64,000 nucleotides of DNA from Candidatus Sericytochromatia bacterium (GCA_036676985.1 JAKFBU010000039.1:148845-212844); one strand, 5' to 3'; positions 43,240-53,254 are shown, counted from the first letter of the stretch. Notes: generated by a model not told the origin, from the sequence alone. Numbers and translations are program-made.

Positions 43240-43325
43240 CCCGCGATGAACGCCACAGCCCCCGAGCCAGATCTCGGGGGCTGCTGCGAGTGATAGCTCG
43301 TGACAGCATCGATCACAAAGGCGTT

Positions 43326-43649
43326 TTACCAGTAACGCCGCTTGGAATAGCCGTAGCCGTAGCCGTAGCCATAATAGGGATAGCCGTAGCGGTTGTACGG
43401 ATTATAGCCGTAGCCGTATCCATAACCGTAATAGGGATAGTACGGAGCGAAACAGTCCCCGCAGAACCCTTGTGTCTCACGGGTTGCTTCGGGCGTTTCG
43501 GCCGTCGTTTGGGTCACGGCTTGAGCCGGATCCTGCGTCTGCGATTGCTCCGGGGTTTGCACGGGGGGTTGGGTGGGTGCTTCAGAGCATCCGGCAGTAG
43601 CCGCAAGGGAAGCCACGAAGAGGGTGACCCACAATTGCTTCAATTGCAT
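43326..43649 (-). CDS. Small lipoprotein with Gln/Thr/Pro linker and Tyr/Gly-rich tail
   Basis: Lipobox TAGC; FCGDCF then YGYGYG repeats. Confidence 0.6.
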   Translation of the reverse strand: MQLKQLWVTLFVASLAATAGCSEAPTQPPVQTPEQSQTQDPAQAVTQTTAETPEATRETQGFCGDCFAPYYPYYGYGYGYGYNPYNRYGYPYYGYGYGYGYSKRRYW

Positions 43650-44086
43650 AAATACTCCCAGATAAAGCATGTGCGAGGGCTACCCCTTGGTAGCCTCATT
43701 CATGGGCCAAACAATAGACGAGGACCTGCGACGGAATAATGTCCATTAGTGGCTGGTTCCTGGTCGCTTTTGATCACCCGCCGACCGATCAGGCAAACAG
43801 AGGTTTTGGCGGACCAGCCCGATTGGTGGGGCTTTCGACGATCTCGCACCCGGCCCTCCCAGGACCCGAGTGTGCCCAAAGACACACGCGATGGACGCTT
43901 ACTCGATTGAAGCGCAACCGGTTGCTATGAGGGCTCGATTGGCGCTCCCTTCCCCGTCGGGGCTCACCGTTGTTTCTTCGCAAGTGGGCGATAGGAGCCA
44001 ATTTGCCTTGCTGACGACATGGCACCGCGTTGTCGGACGGTCGCTGCTCGTGTTACGGTTGGTAGAGCTATTGCGCGACCAAGCGC

Positions 44087-45502
44087 ATGCCTTCCTACTC
44101 CAACCATGAGCCGCAATCGTACGGCTCGCCGCTGTTGACCGTGAACATCTTACAGACCTTGAACCTCTTCAACGCCGCGGGCGTCGGGATCGTGACGGTC
44201 CTGTCGCTCTTCTTCGGCTTTCGCTACCCCACGCCGTTCTTCCGCGCGTGGACCGCGGCCTACACCTCGTTCTTCATGGTCGTCCTGCTCGAGACCGTCG
44301 CGGTCCATACCCACCGGCCGGAAGCCGTGTCCCTGATCCAGGTGGGTCTGTTCCCGATCTGCGCCTGGTACTTCTATCAGACGGCCAACGTTGTGCGAGG
44401 TCGCTTTACTCGGCCTCTGCCCATAGCCGCCCTCTTGATCGCCTGTACCCTGCTGAGCGCCGGCTTGCTGTTCGCCGGTGTATCCTACATCCTGGCCGCC
44501 GAGCCCATTTTCCTGCTCGTGGATGCCGCCATCGTGTTCCTGGGGGTCACCTTCCTGAGACTGCAGGGAGGCAACTCGTCGACGCGCTGGCTGGCCTGGT
44601 CCCTGATTGGCTTCGGGCTCTGGCCGCAGCTCTTTCCCTACGCCCTGTTCGCAGACAAGCCCCTAGGCGCCGTCGGCTACTTCATCTGCGGCACGCTCAA
44701 CATCGCTGTCGGCATCGCCATGGTCGTCTACCTGGTGGACGAGAGCTGGCGACGCTTCAAAGTGGAGCAGGAACGGCAACTGCGCCTCCACAACGACTTC
44801 GTGTCCATGGTCAGCCATGAGCTGCGCACGCCCCTGACCTCCGTGCTCGGCTACGCCGAGTTCCTGGAGGACGGCGTAGCAGGAAAGCTCAACGGCGATC
44901 AGCTGGGGTTCGTCTCCCAGATCCAGCATGCCACCCGGAGCCTGCAACGCCTCGTCGAGGATCTGCTGGATGTCTCGGTGCTCGAGACGGGACGCCTGAA
45001 GCTGGACCGGCAGAGCGTGGACATCAAGCACAACATCACGGCCGTCCTGGATAGCCTGCTCCCGCTCGCCAAGAAGACCGGCCTCGAGCTGACGGCCTCC
45101 ATGCCTCCCGGCCCCATCCACGCTCAAATCGACCCGGTACGCTTCGATCAGGTTCTCAACAACCTGGTCGTCAACGCGATCAAGTTCACGCCGTCAGGGG
45201 GCCGGATCAGCGTCACCCTGAGCTCGCTGCCGCACGAGCTGCGGCTCGAGGTCCAGGACACGGGCACCGGGATACCGGCGGACAAGTTGCCGCACGTGTT
45301 CGAGCGTTTTTACCAGGCCGAGTCGACCATGACCCGCAAGCGTAACGGCGTGGGCCTGGGACTTGCGATCGCAAAAGCCATCGTCGAGGCGCACGGCGGC
45401 CAGATCGACTGCACCAGTCGCCCGGGGAGCGGGAGCACCTTCTGGTTCTCCATCCCAATGCCCTCCATGGTCCGGAAACCGGCGCCGACGGGCAGCGCTT
45501 GA
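44087..45502 (+). CDS. Membrane sensor histidine kinase (orphan)
   Basis: Multiple TM helices; SHELRTPL; NLVVNAIKF; DTGTG; FERFYQ; GLGLAI; start uncertain. Confidence 0.9.
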   Translation: MPSYSNHEPQSYGSPLLTVNILQTLNLFNAAGVGIVTVLSLFFGFRYPTPFFRAWTAAYTSFFMVVLLETVAVHTHRPEAVSLIQVGLFPICAWYFYQTANVVRGRFTRPLPIAALLIACTLLSAGLLFAGVSYILAAEPIFLLVDAAIVFLGVTFLRLQGGNSSTRWLAWSLIGFGLWPQLFPYALFADKPLGAVGYFICGTLNIAVGIAMVVYLVDESWRRFKVEQERQLRLHNDFVSMVSHELRTPLTSVLGYAEFLEDGVAGKLNGDQLGFVSQIQHATRSLQRLVEDLLDVSVLETGRLKLDRQSVDIKHNITAVLDSLLPLAKKTGLELTASMPPGPIHAQIDPVRFDQVLNNLVVNAIKFTPSGGRISVTLSSLPHELRLEVQDTGTGIPADKLPHVFERFYQAESTMTRKRNGVGLGLAIAKAIVEAHGGQIDCTSRPGSGSTFWFSIPMPSMVRKPAPTGSA

Positions 45503-45647
45503 GACACTCCCTGACCGGCAGCCGCGTTTGGGCATGGCAAGCAAGGGTATAGGTTATGACAAGCCTCGCCCAGCACCATTTATTCCAGGCGGCTCGCCGT
45601 GAGCCCTCGGAGGCCCTGGTCCCCATCGCTTCGAGGTCGTCTCATCC

Positions 45648-46628
45648 ATGCCGTTACTACTGGCGCTCATCGTACTCGCGCTCATCCTCTGGATCATCAA
45701 GACGGTCCTGTTCGCGGTCGTCTTCTATGGCAAATTCGCTCTGCTCGTCGCATGCGTCGGCATCTTCGTCGCGGAGGTTCGAAGCCAGCTCAAGGCGCGA
45801 GAGGCCGAAGGCTTGGAGGACGCCGACGATGCCTCCTTCATCCTGCCCTACCGCACGGCGGGATGGATGGCAGCGTGCCTCGTGCTGTTCGGCCTCGGCT
45901 TTCCGGCCCAGGACTGGGCCGCGCGGGTGACCTTCTCTGAAGCCTATGAGCAGGTGGAGCTGGCGAAGAAGGAAGCCGGAGAAGGCCGCTACGACAAAGC
46001 GCTCGAAGCCATGGAGCAGGTGAAGGACAGCGGTCCGGTCGACGAGGTCGCACACGCCCTCCGCGAGGCGTACGTCCCCCCCGTCGTCGACCGTTCCGTC
46101 GAGCTCGCCAAGGAGGGCGACTACCTCCAGGCGATCCGGGTCCTCGAGACGACCCCGGAAGAGGGGGCCCATGCCGGTACCCGCGAGAACCTGCTCGCAG
46201 CATGGCGCGACCCCGCTCGACGGCAGCAGGCGCGCATCGAACGGCAGGCCGAGCAGGAGTTTCGCACGCGGTTCATCCGGGTCTCGGATCGCTTTGCCAA
46301 AAGTCTCAAGGAGATTCAGAGCGCTCCGTTCGATACCCCCTACGCGGCGTACGCCTTTTGTACCGACATGATCGACGAAATGGACGCCGTCCAGGACATG
46401 GCGCGCGAGCTGAAGCCCCAGGGCACGGTTCAGAGCCGCTGCAAGGAGGCGCTGATGAACGCCGCCCTGTCGATGGAGACCGCCCTTTTTGCCGGCAAAA
46501 AGTTCTCGAAGTCCCGCGATCCGGAGGACCTGCTCGTCATTCGCACGGCCATGGCGAACGCCGATGCCAGTCTTCACCAGTGGGCGCTCTGGATGCGCAT
46601 GGAAGTCGACACCATGACGCACGAGTAG
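45648..46628 (+). CDS. Hypothetical membrane protein with helical (TPR-like) C-terminus
   Basis: N-terminal TM helices, helical acidic remainder. Confidence 0.6.
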   Translation: MPLLLALIVLALILWIIKTVLFAVVFYGKFALLVACVGIFVAEVRSQLKAREAEGLEDADDASFILPYRTAGWMAACLVLFGLGFPAQDWAARVTFSEAYEQVELAKKEAGEGRYDKALEAMEQVKDSGPVDEVAHALREAYVPPVVDRSVELAKEGDYLQAIRVLETTPEEGAHAGTRENLLAAWRDPARRQQARIERQAEQEFRTRFIRVSDRFAKSLKEIQSAPFDTPYAAYAFCTDMIDEMDAVQDMARELKPQGTVQSRCKEALMNAALSMETALFAGKKFSKSRDPEDLLVIRTAMANADASLHQWALWMRMEVDTMTHE

Positions 46629-46777
46629 CCGGCGACGCTCACGCCGGATCCGGGTCAGCGACCGTTTTCGATGTGATTGTAAGAGGCCCCGTCCGAGGTC
46701 TGCCCTGGCGGCAGCCTCTCGTTTCGATGGGTCGTCAGGTCTTGTCGAAAGGGCGCCGCTAGGGTACAAGCCTGGTT

Positions 46778-47404
46778 ATGAACACCTTCAAGCTGCTTTT
46801 CGTCACCCTGCTGACCCTGCTCTGGGCATGCCCCGCGTTCGCCAGCCTGCCCGTCGACGAGTCCCTCGGCCTGAATCCCAGCCAGATCAAGGCGATCCAG
46901 CGGGGTGAAATCATCACCCAGCTCAAGAACACCACCGAGTCGACCCTCAAGGACGTCCTCGCCGTGGCCCTGATCGACGGGCATCCCGACGAGGTCTGGA
47001 AGGTCCTGGTCGACTACGACAAGTACGGCAAGATGTTTCCCGGCCTCCTGAAGGGGGAGACCCGGGCCAAGAACGGCGACACCGAGGACCATTACTCGCT
47101 CTTCGACTACCCGTGGCCCTTCGAGGACCGCTGGACCGTCAACCGCCTGGTCCATGCGAGCGACCACCGCTCCATCCGCTGGCGCCGTATCGAGGGCACG
47201 GTCAAGGAGATCGTGGGCTCCTGGAAGCTCATCCCCTACGAAGACAAGACGCTCGCCATCTACTCGGTCCGCCTGGATCCGGGCATCCCCATGATTCCCA
47301 GCTGGGCGATCGACTGGGGCTCGAAACAGGTGGCCCCCAACATCATGAAGGGCGTCCGCCAGCAGGTGAAGGAAAACCAGCGCGCGGGCCGCAAAGCAGA
47401 CTAG
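46778..47404 (+). CDS. SRPBCC/START (polyketide cyclase-like) secreted protein
   Basis: Signal AFA; PDEVWKVLVDYDKY..MFP; GSWKLIP. Confidence 0.75.
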   Translation: MNTFKLLFVTLLTLLWACPAFASLPVDESLGLNPSQIKAIQRGEIITQLKNTTESTLKDVLAVALIDGHPDEVWKVLVDYDKYGKMFPGLLKGETRAKNGDTEDHYSLFDYPWPFEDRWTVNRLVHASDHRSIRWRRIEGTVKEIVGSWKLIPYEDKTLAIYSVRLDPGIPMIPSWAIDWGSKQVAPNIMKGVRQQVKENQRAGRKAD

Positions 47405-47432
47405 TACACGATTCAGGAGACGCCACGACGCC

Positions 47433-48014
47433 ATGAAAGTCATCGATACCGGGATTCCCGGTCTCATCGTGATCGAGCCCAAGGCCTTCGGAGACGCCCG
47501 GGGGTTCTTCCTCGAGACCTACGCCGAGAACCGCTACCACGAAGCCGGCGTGACGGCCCACTTCGTGCAGGCCAACCACTCGCGCTCCCGCCGCGGGGTG
47601 CTGCGTGGCCTGCACTACCAGCTGGTCCAGCCCCAGGGCAAGCTCGTCAGCGTGGCCCGCGGCTCCGTCTACGACGTCGCCGTCGACATCCGCGTCGGCT
47701 CTCCCACCTTCGGCAAGAGCTACGGCGTCGTCCTCGACGACGAGACGCACCGCCAGATGTACGTCCCGCCCGGCTTCGCCCACGGCTTCGTCGTCCTCTC
47801 CGAAGAGTGCGACTTCCTGTACCAGGTGACGAACTACTACCACCCCGCCTCCGAGCAGGGCATCGCGTGGGATGACCCCGCCCTCGGCATCGAGTGGCCC
47901 ATCAGCGACGTGCTGCTCTCCGACAAGGATCGCAAGCACCCGCGCCTTGCCGACCAGGATCCGGACAAGCTCCCCCGCTACGAAGGCAGCCCCACTCTGA
48001 ACGGCGTCGGCTAG
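47433..48014 (+). CDS. rfbC: dTDP-4-dehydrorhamnose 3,5-epimerase
   Basis: FGDARGFFLE, GVLRGLHYQ, DVAVDIRVGSPTFG, PPGFAHGF, LSDKD. Confidence 0.95.
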   Translation: MKVIDTGIPGLIVIEPKAFGDARGFFLETYAENRYHEAGVTAHFVQANHSRSRRGVLRGLHYQLVQPQGKLVSVARGSVYDVAVDIRVGSPTFGKSYGVVLDDETHRQMYVPPGFAHGFVVLSEECDFLYQVTNYYHPASEQGIAWDDPALGIEWPISDVLLSDKDRKHPRLADQDPDKLPRYEGSPTLNGVG

Positions 48015-48229
48015 ACCCGGGACAACTCGAACCTCGAGGCGAAAGCCCCGGCCGAGCGGCCGGGGCTTTCGCGATGAATGATCCCCGGTTCGCAGCTTCC
48101 AGCCGACCTTTCAGCCGCGCCCGCATGCCAAAAGTGTGACGTATCGCCGATCTTAACGCTCGCTTGACATTCAGGCCGATGGGGTGGTTAACTAACAATT
48201 AACCATACGTTAACCTTAGAGGAGCAACC

Positions 48230-49210
48230 ATGCGCATCAACGCTTTCCGTGCCCTGTTCCTGGGCACGCTTGCCATGGCGACCATCGCGGGCTGTGGCCT
48301 GCCGCAACCCTCGCTGCTCGGAACCGAGCAGGCCGGCATGGACGCCACGTCCCGCAAGGCCGGCTGGACCGCCTTCCCGGATGCCGGGGTGGCCCGCCGC
48401 AACGCGGCCGGCATCGCCGTGGGCTACTTCCTGTTCGTCCTGGGCGGGCAGGACGAGAGCGGAGCCACGCTCGGCAAGACCGAGTGCTTCAAGGCCTTCG
48501 ACACGTGGACGGACAAGGCGGCCATGCCGACGCCCCGGTCCAACCTCGCGGCGGCCGTCGTGCCGAGCAACCGGGTCCTGGCGCTCGGAGGGCTCGCGGC
48601 AGGCGGGGTGACCGCCGCGGCCGAGCTGTACGGCATGGACCAGGGCACCTGGGAGCGCCTGCCGAACATGCCGACGGCCCGTGCGGACGCCGGGGCGGCC
48701 TCGCGGGGCGTGTTCGCCTACGTGGCGGGTGGTCAGGGCCAGGCCGGTCTCTCCAAGGCCTTCGAGGTCTTCGACATCCGCGATCGCAGCTGGAAGCAGC
48801 TCGCCGACATGCCGACGGCCCGCGCGGGCTGCGTGGCCGCGACCCTCGGGCAACGGGTGGCCGTCGTCGGCGGCCGCACGGCCAACGGCGCGACCGGCGT
48901 GCTCGAGCTCTACAACCCCGAGACGGGCACCTGGAGCCAGGGGGCTCCCATGCCCACCGCCCGCTCGAACGCCGCGTTCGCCATCTACGGCCATCACCTC
49001 TTCGTCCTGGGCGGCCGCACGAGCAACGGCGTCACGGACGTGGTGGAGTCCTACGACCTGGCCGCGAACCAGTGGACCACCCGGGCGGCCCTTCCCCAGC
49101 CCCTGCAGGGCGCGGTCGCCAGCAAGCTCGGAGAGCGTCTGGTGGTCACGGGCGGCACCAGCAACGGCCGTCCGTCCTCCAAGACCTGGGGCATGCCGTT
49201 CCCCTTCTAG
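48230..49210 (+). CDS. Kelch-repeat lipoprotein
   Basis: Lipobox IAGC; repeated MPTAR...VLGG...E.Y.....W. Confidence 0.88.
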   Translation: MRINAFRALFLGTLAMATIAGCGLPQPSLLGTEQAGMDATSRKAGWTAFPDAGVARRNAAGIAVGYFLFVLGGQDESGATLGKTECFKAFDTWTDKAAMPTPRSNLAAAVVPSNRVLALGGLAAGGVTAAAELYGMDQGTWERLPNMPTARADAGAASRGVFAYVAGGQGQAGLSKAFEVFDIRDRSWKQLADMPTARAGCVAATLGQRVAVVGGRTANGATGVLELYNPETGTWSQGAPMPTARSNAAFAIYGHHLFVLGGRTSNGVTDVVESYDLAANQWTTRAALPQPLQGAVASKLGERLVVTGGTSNGRPSSKTWGMPFPF

Positions 49211-49420
49211 GGTTCATGGAATCACCGCCCGCGAGACGCCTCGCGGGCGGTTTTCTGTTCTAGAGGGGTCAGAAAAGGTCGGAAGAGTTGGCAGGGCTCG
49301 CGCATCAGGGCGCCCTTGCGCATGTTCGGCTGCATGGAAAGCCTCCTCTAGGCACTGTTCCCTGTTCAAGCGGCGATGCTAGAATCCTTTTGCCTGCATG
49401 TTGCACAAGGGGGAACGAAC

Positions 49421-49807
49421 TTGGGTAAAGCCGACGACTTCGATCAGGTCTTCAAGTCTCTGAAGCCACTCCTCGAGGCCCATGCGCCGCGCCTCCTGGT
49501 CAAGGCGGACACCGACGCCGCGTACTACCTGGACACGCACGCCATCATGCAGAACAAGCAACCTCTGTTCTTCGGCTCCGTGCAGATCAAGAAGACCTAC
49601 GTCAGCTACTACCTGATGCCGGTCTACATCTTCCCGGACCTGCTCGAGGGCATGTCCCCCGTTTTGAAGAAGCGCATGCAGGGCAAGTCCTGCTTCAACT
49701 TCACGGCCGTCGACGAGGCCCAGCTCTCGGAGCTCGCCGCCCTGACCGACGCCGGCATGGCGCGCTACGAGCAGCAAGGCATGCTCGAGGGCACGTACAA
49801 GATCTAG
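49421..49807 (+). CDS. Conserved hypothetical protein (DUF1801-like)
   Basis: KKTYVSYYLMPVY, LKKRMQGKSCFNF; TTG start after AGGGGG. Confidence 0.65.
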   Translation: MGKADDFDQVFKSLKPLLEAHAPRLLVKADTDAAYYLDTHAIMQNKQPLFFGSVQIKKTYVSYYLMPVYIFPDLLEGMSPVLKKRMQGKSCFNFTAVDEAQLSELAALTDAGMARYEQQGMLEGTYKI

Positions 49808-49813
49808 GCAGGT

Positions 49814-50380
49814 TCAGGGCGCGGCATGGTAGCCGATGCCCCTGAGCCTTCCGGCGCGGTACACGAGATCCACCCCGAGGTTGGGACCTTCCTCGGGGTG
49901 CCAGTACGTCCGGACCTCGCCATGGGGTTCCCGACGCACCTCGGGCGTCTGACTCCAGTCCACGCCCTGGCCGCTCTCCTTCTCGAGCACCCGTTTGGCT
50001 CGTTCCAGCTCCAGGGGTCGCGCTGCCATCAGGCCGATGATCGTGACCTCGGGCGGCTGGCGCTCGTAGGTCAGGCGGCTGCCGTCCTTGAAGCGGAAGG
50101 CGATCGCCCCGAAATCCGCTCCGTCGAATGAGTTCCATGTGATCCGGCATGCCGTGGGCGTTCCGAGCAGCGACCGCGCGTAAGCGAAGATGGCCGTCGC
50201 CTGGGCTTCCTTGCGAAAGGCCATCGATCGAGCATCCGATCCGCCCAGACAGGGCACGGGTTCTGCCGCCCGTCCCGGCGCGACGGCTCCCACCACGCCG
50301 ATGGCAACCAGCAGACCGACGACCACGGGGCGAATAGCCCGCCTGGTCTCGCCTGGGTTCCGGGAATTTTTCGTGCCCAT
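49814..50380 (-). CDS. Hypothetical secreted protein
   Basis: Signal-like hydrophobic segment; no motif recognised. Confidence 0.55.
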   Translation of the reverse strand: MGTKNSRNPGETRRAIRPVVVGLLVAIGVVGAVAPGRAAEPVPCLGGSDARSMAFRKEAQATAIFAYARSLLGTPTACRITWNSFDGADFGAIAFRFKDGSRLTYERQPPEVTIIGLMAARPLELERAKRVLEKESGQGVDWSQTPEVRREPHGEVRTYWHPEEGPNLGVDLVYRAGRLRGIGYHAAP

Positions 50381-50617
50381 GGATCCCCTCGCTCGACATC
50401 TCGCCTGCTCGGTCGAATTGTAGCAAACTCGGGCCTCGACGGGGATCGTTGCCCGGCCATAGCCAACGCCAGACCTTGGTCAGAGACGAGAAGCGGGTCT
50501 CGATGCTTAGCAATTCTTCATCAAGTTGTGTATAATGCCCTGCGTTCCGCGACCCGCCCACCTTTGGGCCCGTCGCAGCAGGATTTTTACTCACAGCACC
50601 TAAGAAGGAGAGACTTC

Positions 50618-50965
50618 ATGACGCTTCGAGCAAGTTCCCTGGCCCTGTTGACGGTCCTGTTCGCCCTGAGCGGGTGTGCCAGCACGAATCCCGCCGGCCC
50701 CGGCCAGGTCGCGGCGCTCCGGGGTACCCAGGCGATCGCGGGGCCCACCGAGTTGCTCGTCAAGTTCAAGGTTCATTCCTCGCCGCAGGCCGTGGAGAGC
50801 TTCGGAGCCGAGTACGGCCTGCGGCGCAAGGAGACCATCGCCGCCATCGACGTCCACGTCATGACCATCCTGACCGGCGAAGCGGCAGCCGCCCTTGCCG
50901 AGCGGGTCGCGACCTCGACCCTGGTCGCCTACGCCGAGCCCAATCACCGGCTCAGCATCAAGTAG
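50618..50965 (+). CDS. Lipoprotein consisting of a standalone subtilase (S8) propeptide-like domain
   Basis: Lipobox LSGC; ELLVKFK...VAYAEPN; AAGGAG RBS. Confidence 0.65.
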   Translation: MTLRASSLALLTVLFALSGCASTNPAGPGQVAALRGTQAIAGPTELLVKFKVHSSPQAVESFGAEYGLRRKETIAAIDVHVMTILTGEAAAALAERVATSTLVAYAEPNHRLSIK

Positions 50966-51509
50966 TGCACGAACGGACGTCGTCGCTCCGGTCCAGGGCA
51001 TACCAGACGGCCGGCTGGGGCGGGTCGATGCGGGTCTCGACGAACTCCGCGACGAACCGCAGGCCCGCCTTCTGCATCACGCGCTGCGAGGCCTGGTTGG
51101 CCGCGAGCGTCTTGGCGATGACCCGCTCGACGCCGAGCTCGTCGAAGGCCTTGCGAATGATCGCCCGCGAGCCCTCGGTGGCAAGGCCCTGGCCCCAGGC
51201 CGAACGCTTCAGGCGGTAGCCGAGCTCGATGCCGGGCACGGGCTCGTGCGGCGGTCGGAAGTGGAACCAGCCCACGAAGTCGCCCGTCGCCTTCTCGACG
51301 GCCGCCCAGAAGCCGTAGGCGTCTCCCCGCTCGTAGAAGGAGCGGAAGAGGGGGAGGATGCGATCGCGCACCTCCTCCATGGGCGTGGGCCGTCCGCCGT
51401 TGATGTAGCACATGACCTCGGGGTCGCTATCCAGCTCCCAAAGGCGCTCGGCGTCCCGATCGTCCAAGCGGCGCAGGATGAGGCGCTCGCTTTCCGCGTA
51501 GATTTCCAT
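50958..51509 (-). CDS. GNAT acetyltransferase, RimJ/RimL type
   Basis: SERLILR, ELGYRL...WGQGLATE, NQASQRVMQKAG. Confidence 0.9.
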   Translation of the reverse strand: MEIYAESERLILRRLDDRDAERLWELDSDPEVMCYINGGRPTPMEEVRDRILPLFRSFYERGDAYGFWAAVEKATGDFVGWFHFRPPHEPVPGIELGYRLKRSAWGQGLATEGSRAIIRKAFDELGVERVIAKTLAANQASQRVMQKAGLRFVAEFVETRIDPPQPAVWYALDRSDDVRSCTT

Positions 51510-51676
51510 CGGCTCCCCCAGACTCGCGCGCTCCGATGCCCCATGGTATCGGAAGGGTGACGGCTCCGTCCACGCGCGTACCGGGGAGAGATCAAAGATG
51601 CGTCGTCGGGGAATATACTCCAGTATACCCTCGGGTAACGGGGGAAGGAGGCGCCGATCAGGGGGGACACGCGGCC

Positions 51677-52303
51677 ATGGCCTATAAGCTGATCATCTTC
51701 GACTTCGACGGAACGATTGCGGATTCGTTTCCCTGGTTCGTGCGCATGGTCAACCAGGTCGCGGAAAAGTACCGCTTCCGGCGCATCGACGAGGCCGAGG
51801 TCGACACGCTGCGGGGCTACGACGCGCGGAGGCTCGTCCGGCACCTGGGCATTCCGTTCTGGAAGATGCCCTTCATCGCGCGCCACATGAAGCGCATGAT
51901 GGCCCGGGAAATCCACCAGATCGCCCTGTTCGAGGGGATTCCCGACCTGCTGCGGCAGCTCTCCGAGCGCGGGATCCTGCTGGCCATGGTCAGCTCCAAC
52001 TCGGTCGACAACATCCGCCGCGTCCTGGGCCCCGAGGTCGCCGCGCTCTTCCAGTACTACGAGTGCGGCGGCTCGATCTTCGGCAAGACGGCCAAGTTCG
52101 AGAAGGTCCTGCGCCAGAGCGGCGTGCCGGCGAGCGACGCCCTCTGCATCGGCGACGAGATCCGGGACCTCGAGGCCGCCAAGCGCGCGAACATCGCCTT
52201 CGGCGCCGTCTCGTGGGGCTATACCACCGTCGAGGCGCTGAGCGCCCAGTCGCCCACGACCATCTTCAAGAGCCTGGACGGCATCGCGGCCGTCGGGGCA
52301 TGA
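51677..52303 (+). CDS. HAD-family hydrolase (phosphoglycolate phosphatase-like)
   Basis: FDFDGTIADS, VSSN, IGDEIRD, VSWGY. Confidence 0.9.
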   Translation: MAYKLIIFDFDGTIADSFPWFVRMVNQVAEKYRFRRIDEAEVDTLRGYDARRLVRHLGIPFWKMPFIARHMKRMMAREIHQIALFEGIPDLLRQLSERGILLAMVSSNSVDNIRRVLGPEVAALFQYYECGGSIFGKTAKFEKVLRQSGVPASDALCIGDEIRDLEAAKRANIAFGAVSWGYTTVEALSAQSPTTIFKSLDGIAAVGA

Positions 52304-52339
52304 CCCCGTGAAGTCCGGCCCCCTGCCGCCCTGGGCATG

Positions 52340-52472
52340 AAAATGGCCCCCGATCGCGTCGGGGGCCGGAGGGTGGTGTTGACCGCATCGAGTAATCACT
52401 TCGTGGCGGTGTCGCCTTGCGGTGTTTACCGTCCTGTGTCGACTAGCTTTGGGTCTCACCCCTCGCACCATC
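52340..52472 (-). ncRNA. Putative small RNA in intergenic region
   Basis: Minus-strand TTCACC-N16-TACAGT promoter-like pair; ends in GGCCCCCGA..TCGGGGGCC+ATTTT terminator; no ORF. Confidence 0.3.
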
Positions 52473-52597
52473 ACTGTACTGCGGACCCCCGCCCGGTGAA
52501 TCCGTAAGGACTACCGAATCCGCGCCAGCCCATGTCACGAGCGATCGCCGGGCCACTTGCGCTATCCTAGAGTCCGTTCGGCAGAAAGGCGGGAAGG

Positions 52598-53254
52598 GTG
52601 CGCATACTGGTCGTGGGAGCCACCGGAAGGCTCGGGAGCCTGGTGGTCCGAGAGGCGCTGGAGCAAGGTCATGCGGTGACGGCGGCGGCACGCTCGCCGG
52701 AGGCCCTCGACCTCGAGCATCCGGCGCTCGGCAAGGCGCCGCTCGACGTCAGAGATGCCGCAGCCATCAGGGCGCTCGTGCCCGAACACGAGGCGGTCGT
52801 GAGCACGCTCGGCTACCGACGTCACCACGAAGCGCCCGACGTCTTGCTCGTGGGCATCCGCCACCTGGTCACGGCCATGGAGGCGTCGGGCGTCCGGCGC
52901 CTCGTGGCGCTGGCCTCGGCGGGCATCCTGCAACTGGACGACACGCGCCTGCGCTGCGAACGCCCGGGCTATCCCGAGGCCTTTCGAGCCGGTGCCGCCA
53001 TGCATCGCGAGGCCTGGGAAACGCTCGAACGCTCGACCCTCGACTGGACGCTCGTCTGCCCGCCGGAGCTCGTAGCCGGCCGTCCCGACCAGCCGCTGAG
53101 CGCTCGGGCGGACCGGTTGCCGGAGGGTCCCTTGCACGTGAGTATGCCGGCGCTTGCCCGCTGGATGGTCGCGGCCCTGGCGAACCCCGCGTGGCACCGG
53201 CGGAGGGTCGGCGTCCTCGATGCACAAGGGGGAGACCCGCTCGATCGCCTGTGA
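52598..53254 (+). CDS. NAD(P)H-binding flavin reductase-like oxidoreductase
   Basis: GATGRLG Rossmann motif; LDWTLVCP. Confidence 0.85.
   Translation: MRILVVGATGRLGSLVVREALEQGHAVTAAARSPEALDLEHPALGKAPLDVRDAAAIRALVPEHEAVVSTLGYRRHHEAPDVLLVGIRHLVTAMEASGVRRLVALASAGILQLDDTRLRCERPGYPEAFRAGAAMHREAWETLERSTLDWTLVCPPELVAGRPDQPLSARADRLPEGPLHVSMPALARWMVAALANPAWHRRRVGVLDAQGGDPLDRL

Noticed and set aside
47433-48014. O-antigen/rml cluster
   Set aside because: rfbC is solitary; no rmlA/B/D or glycosyltransferases nearby
52505-52535. tmRNA-like 5' end (GGGCTG...GGATTCG) on the minus strand
   Set aside because: No tRNA-like 3' end or tag ORF; region too short
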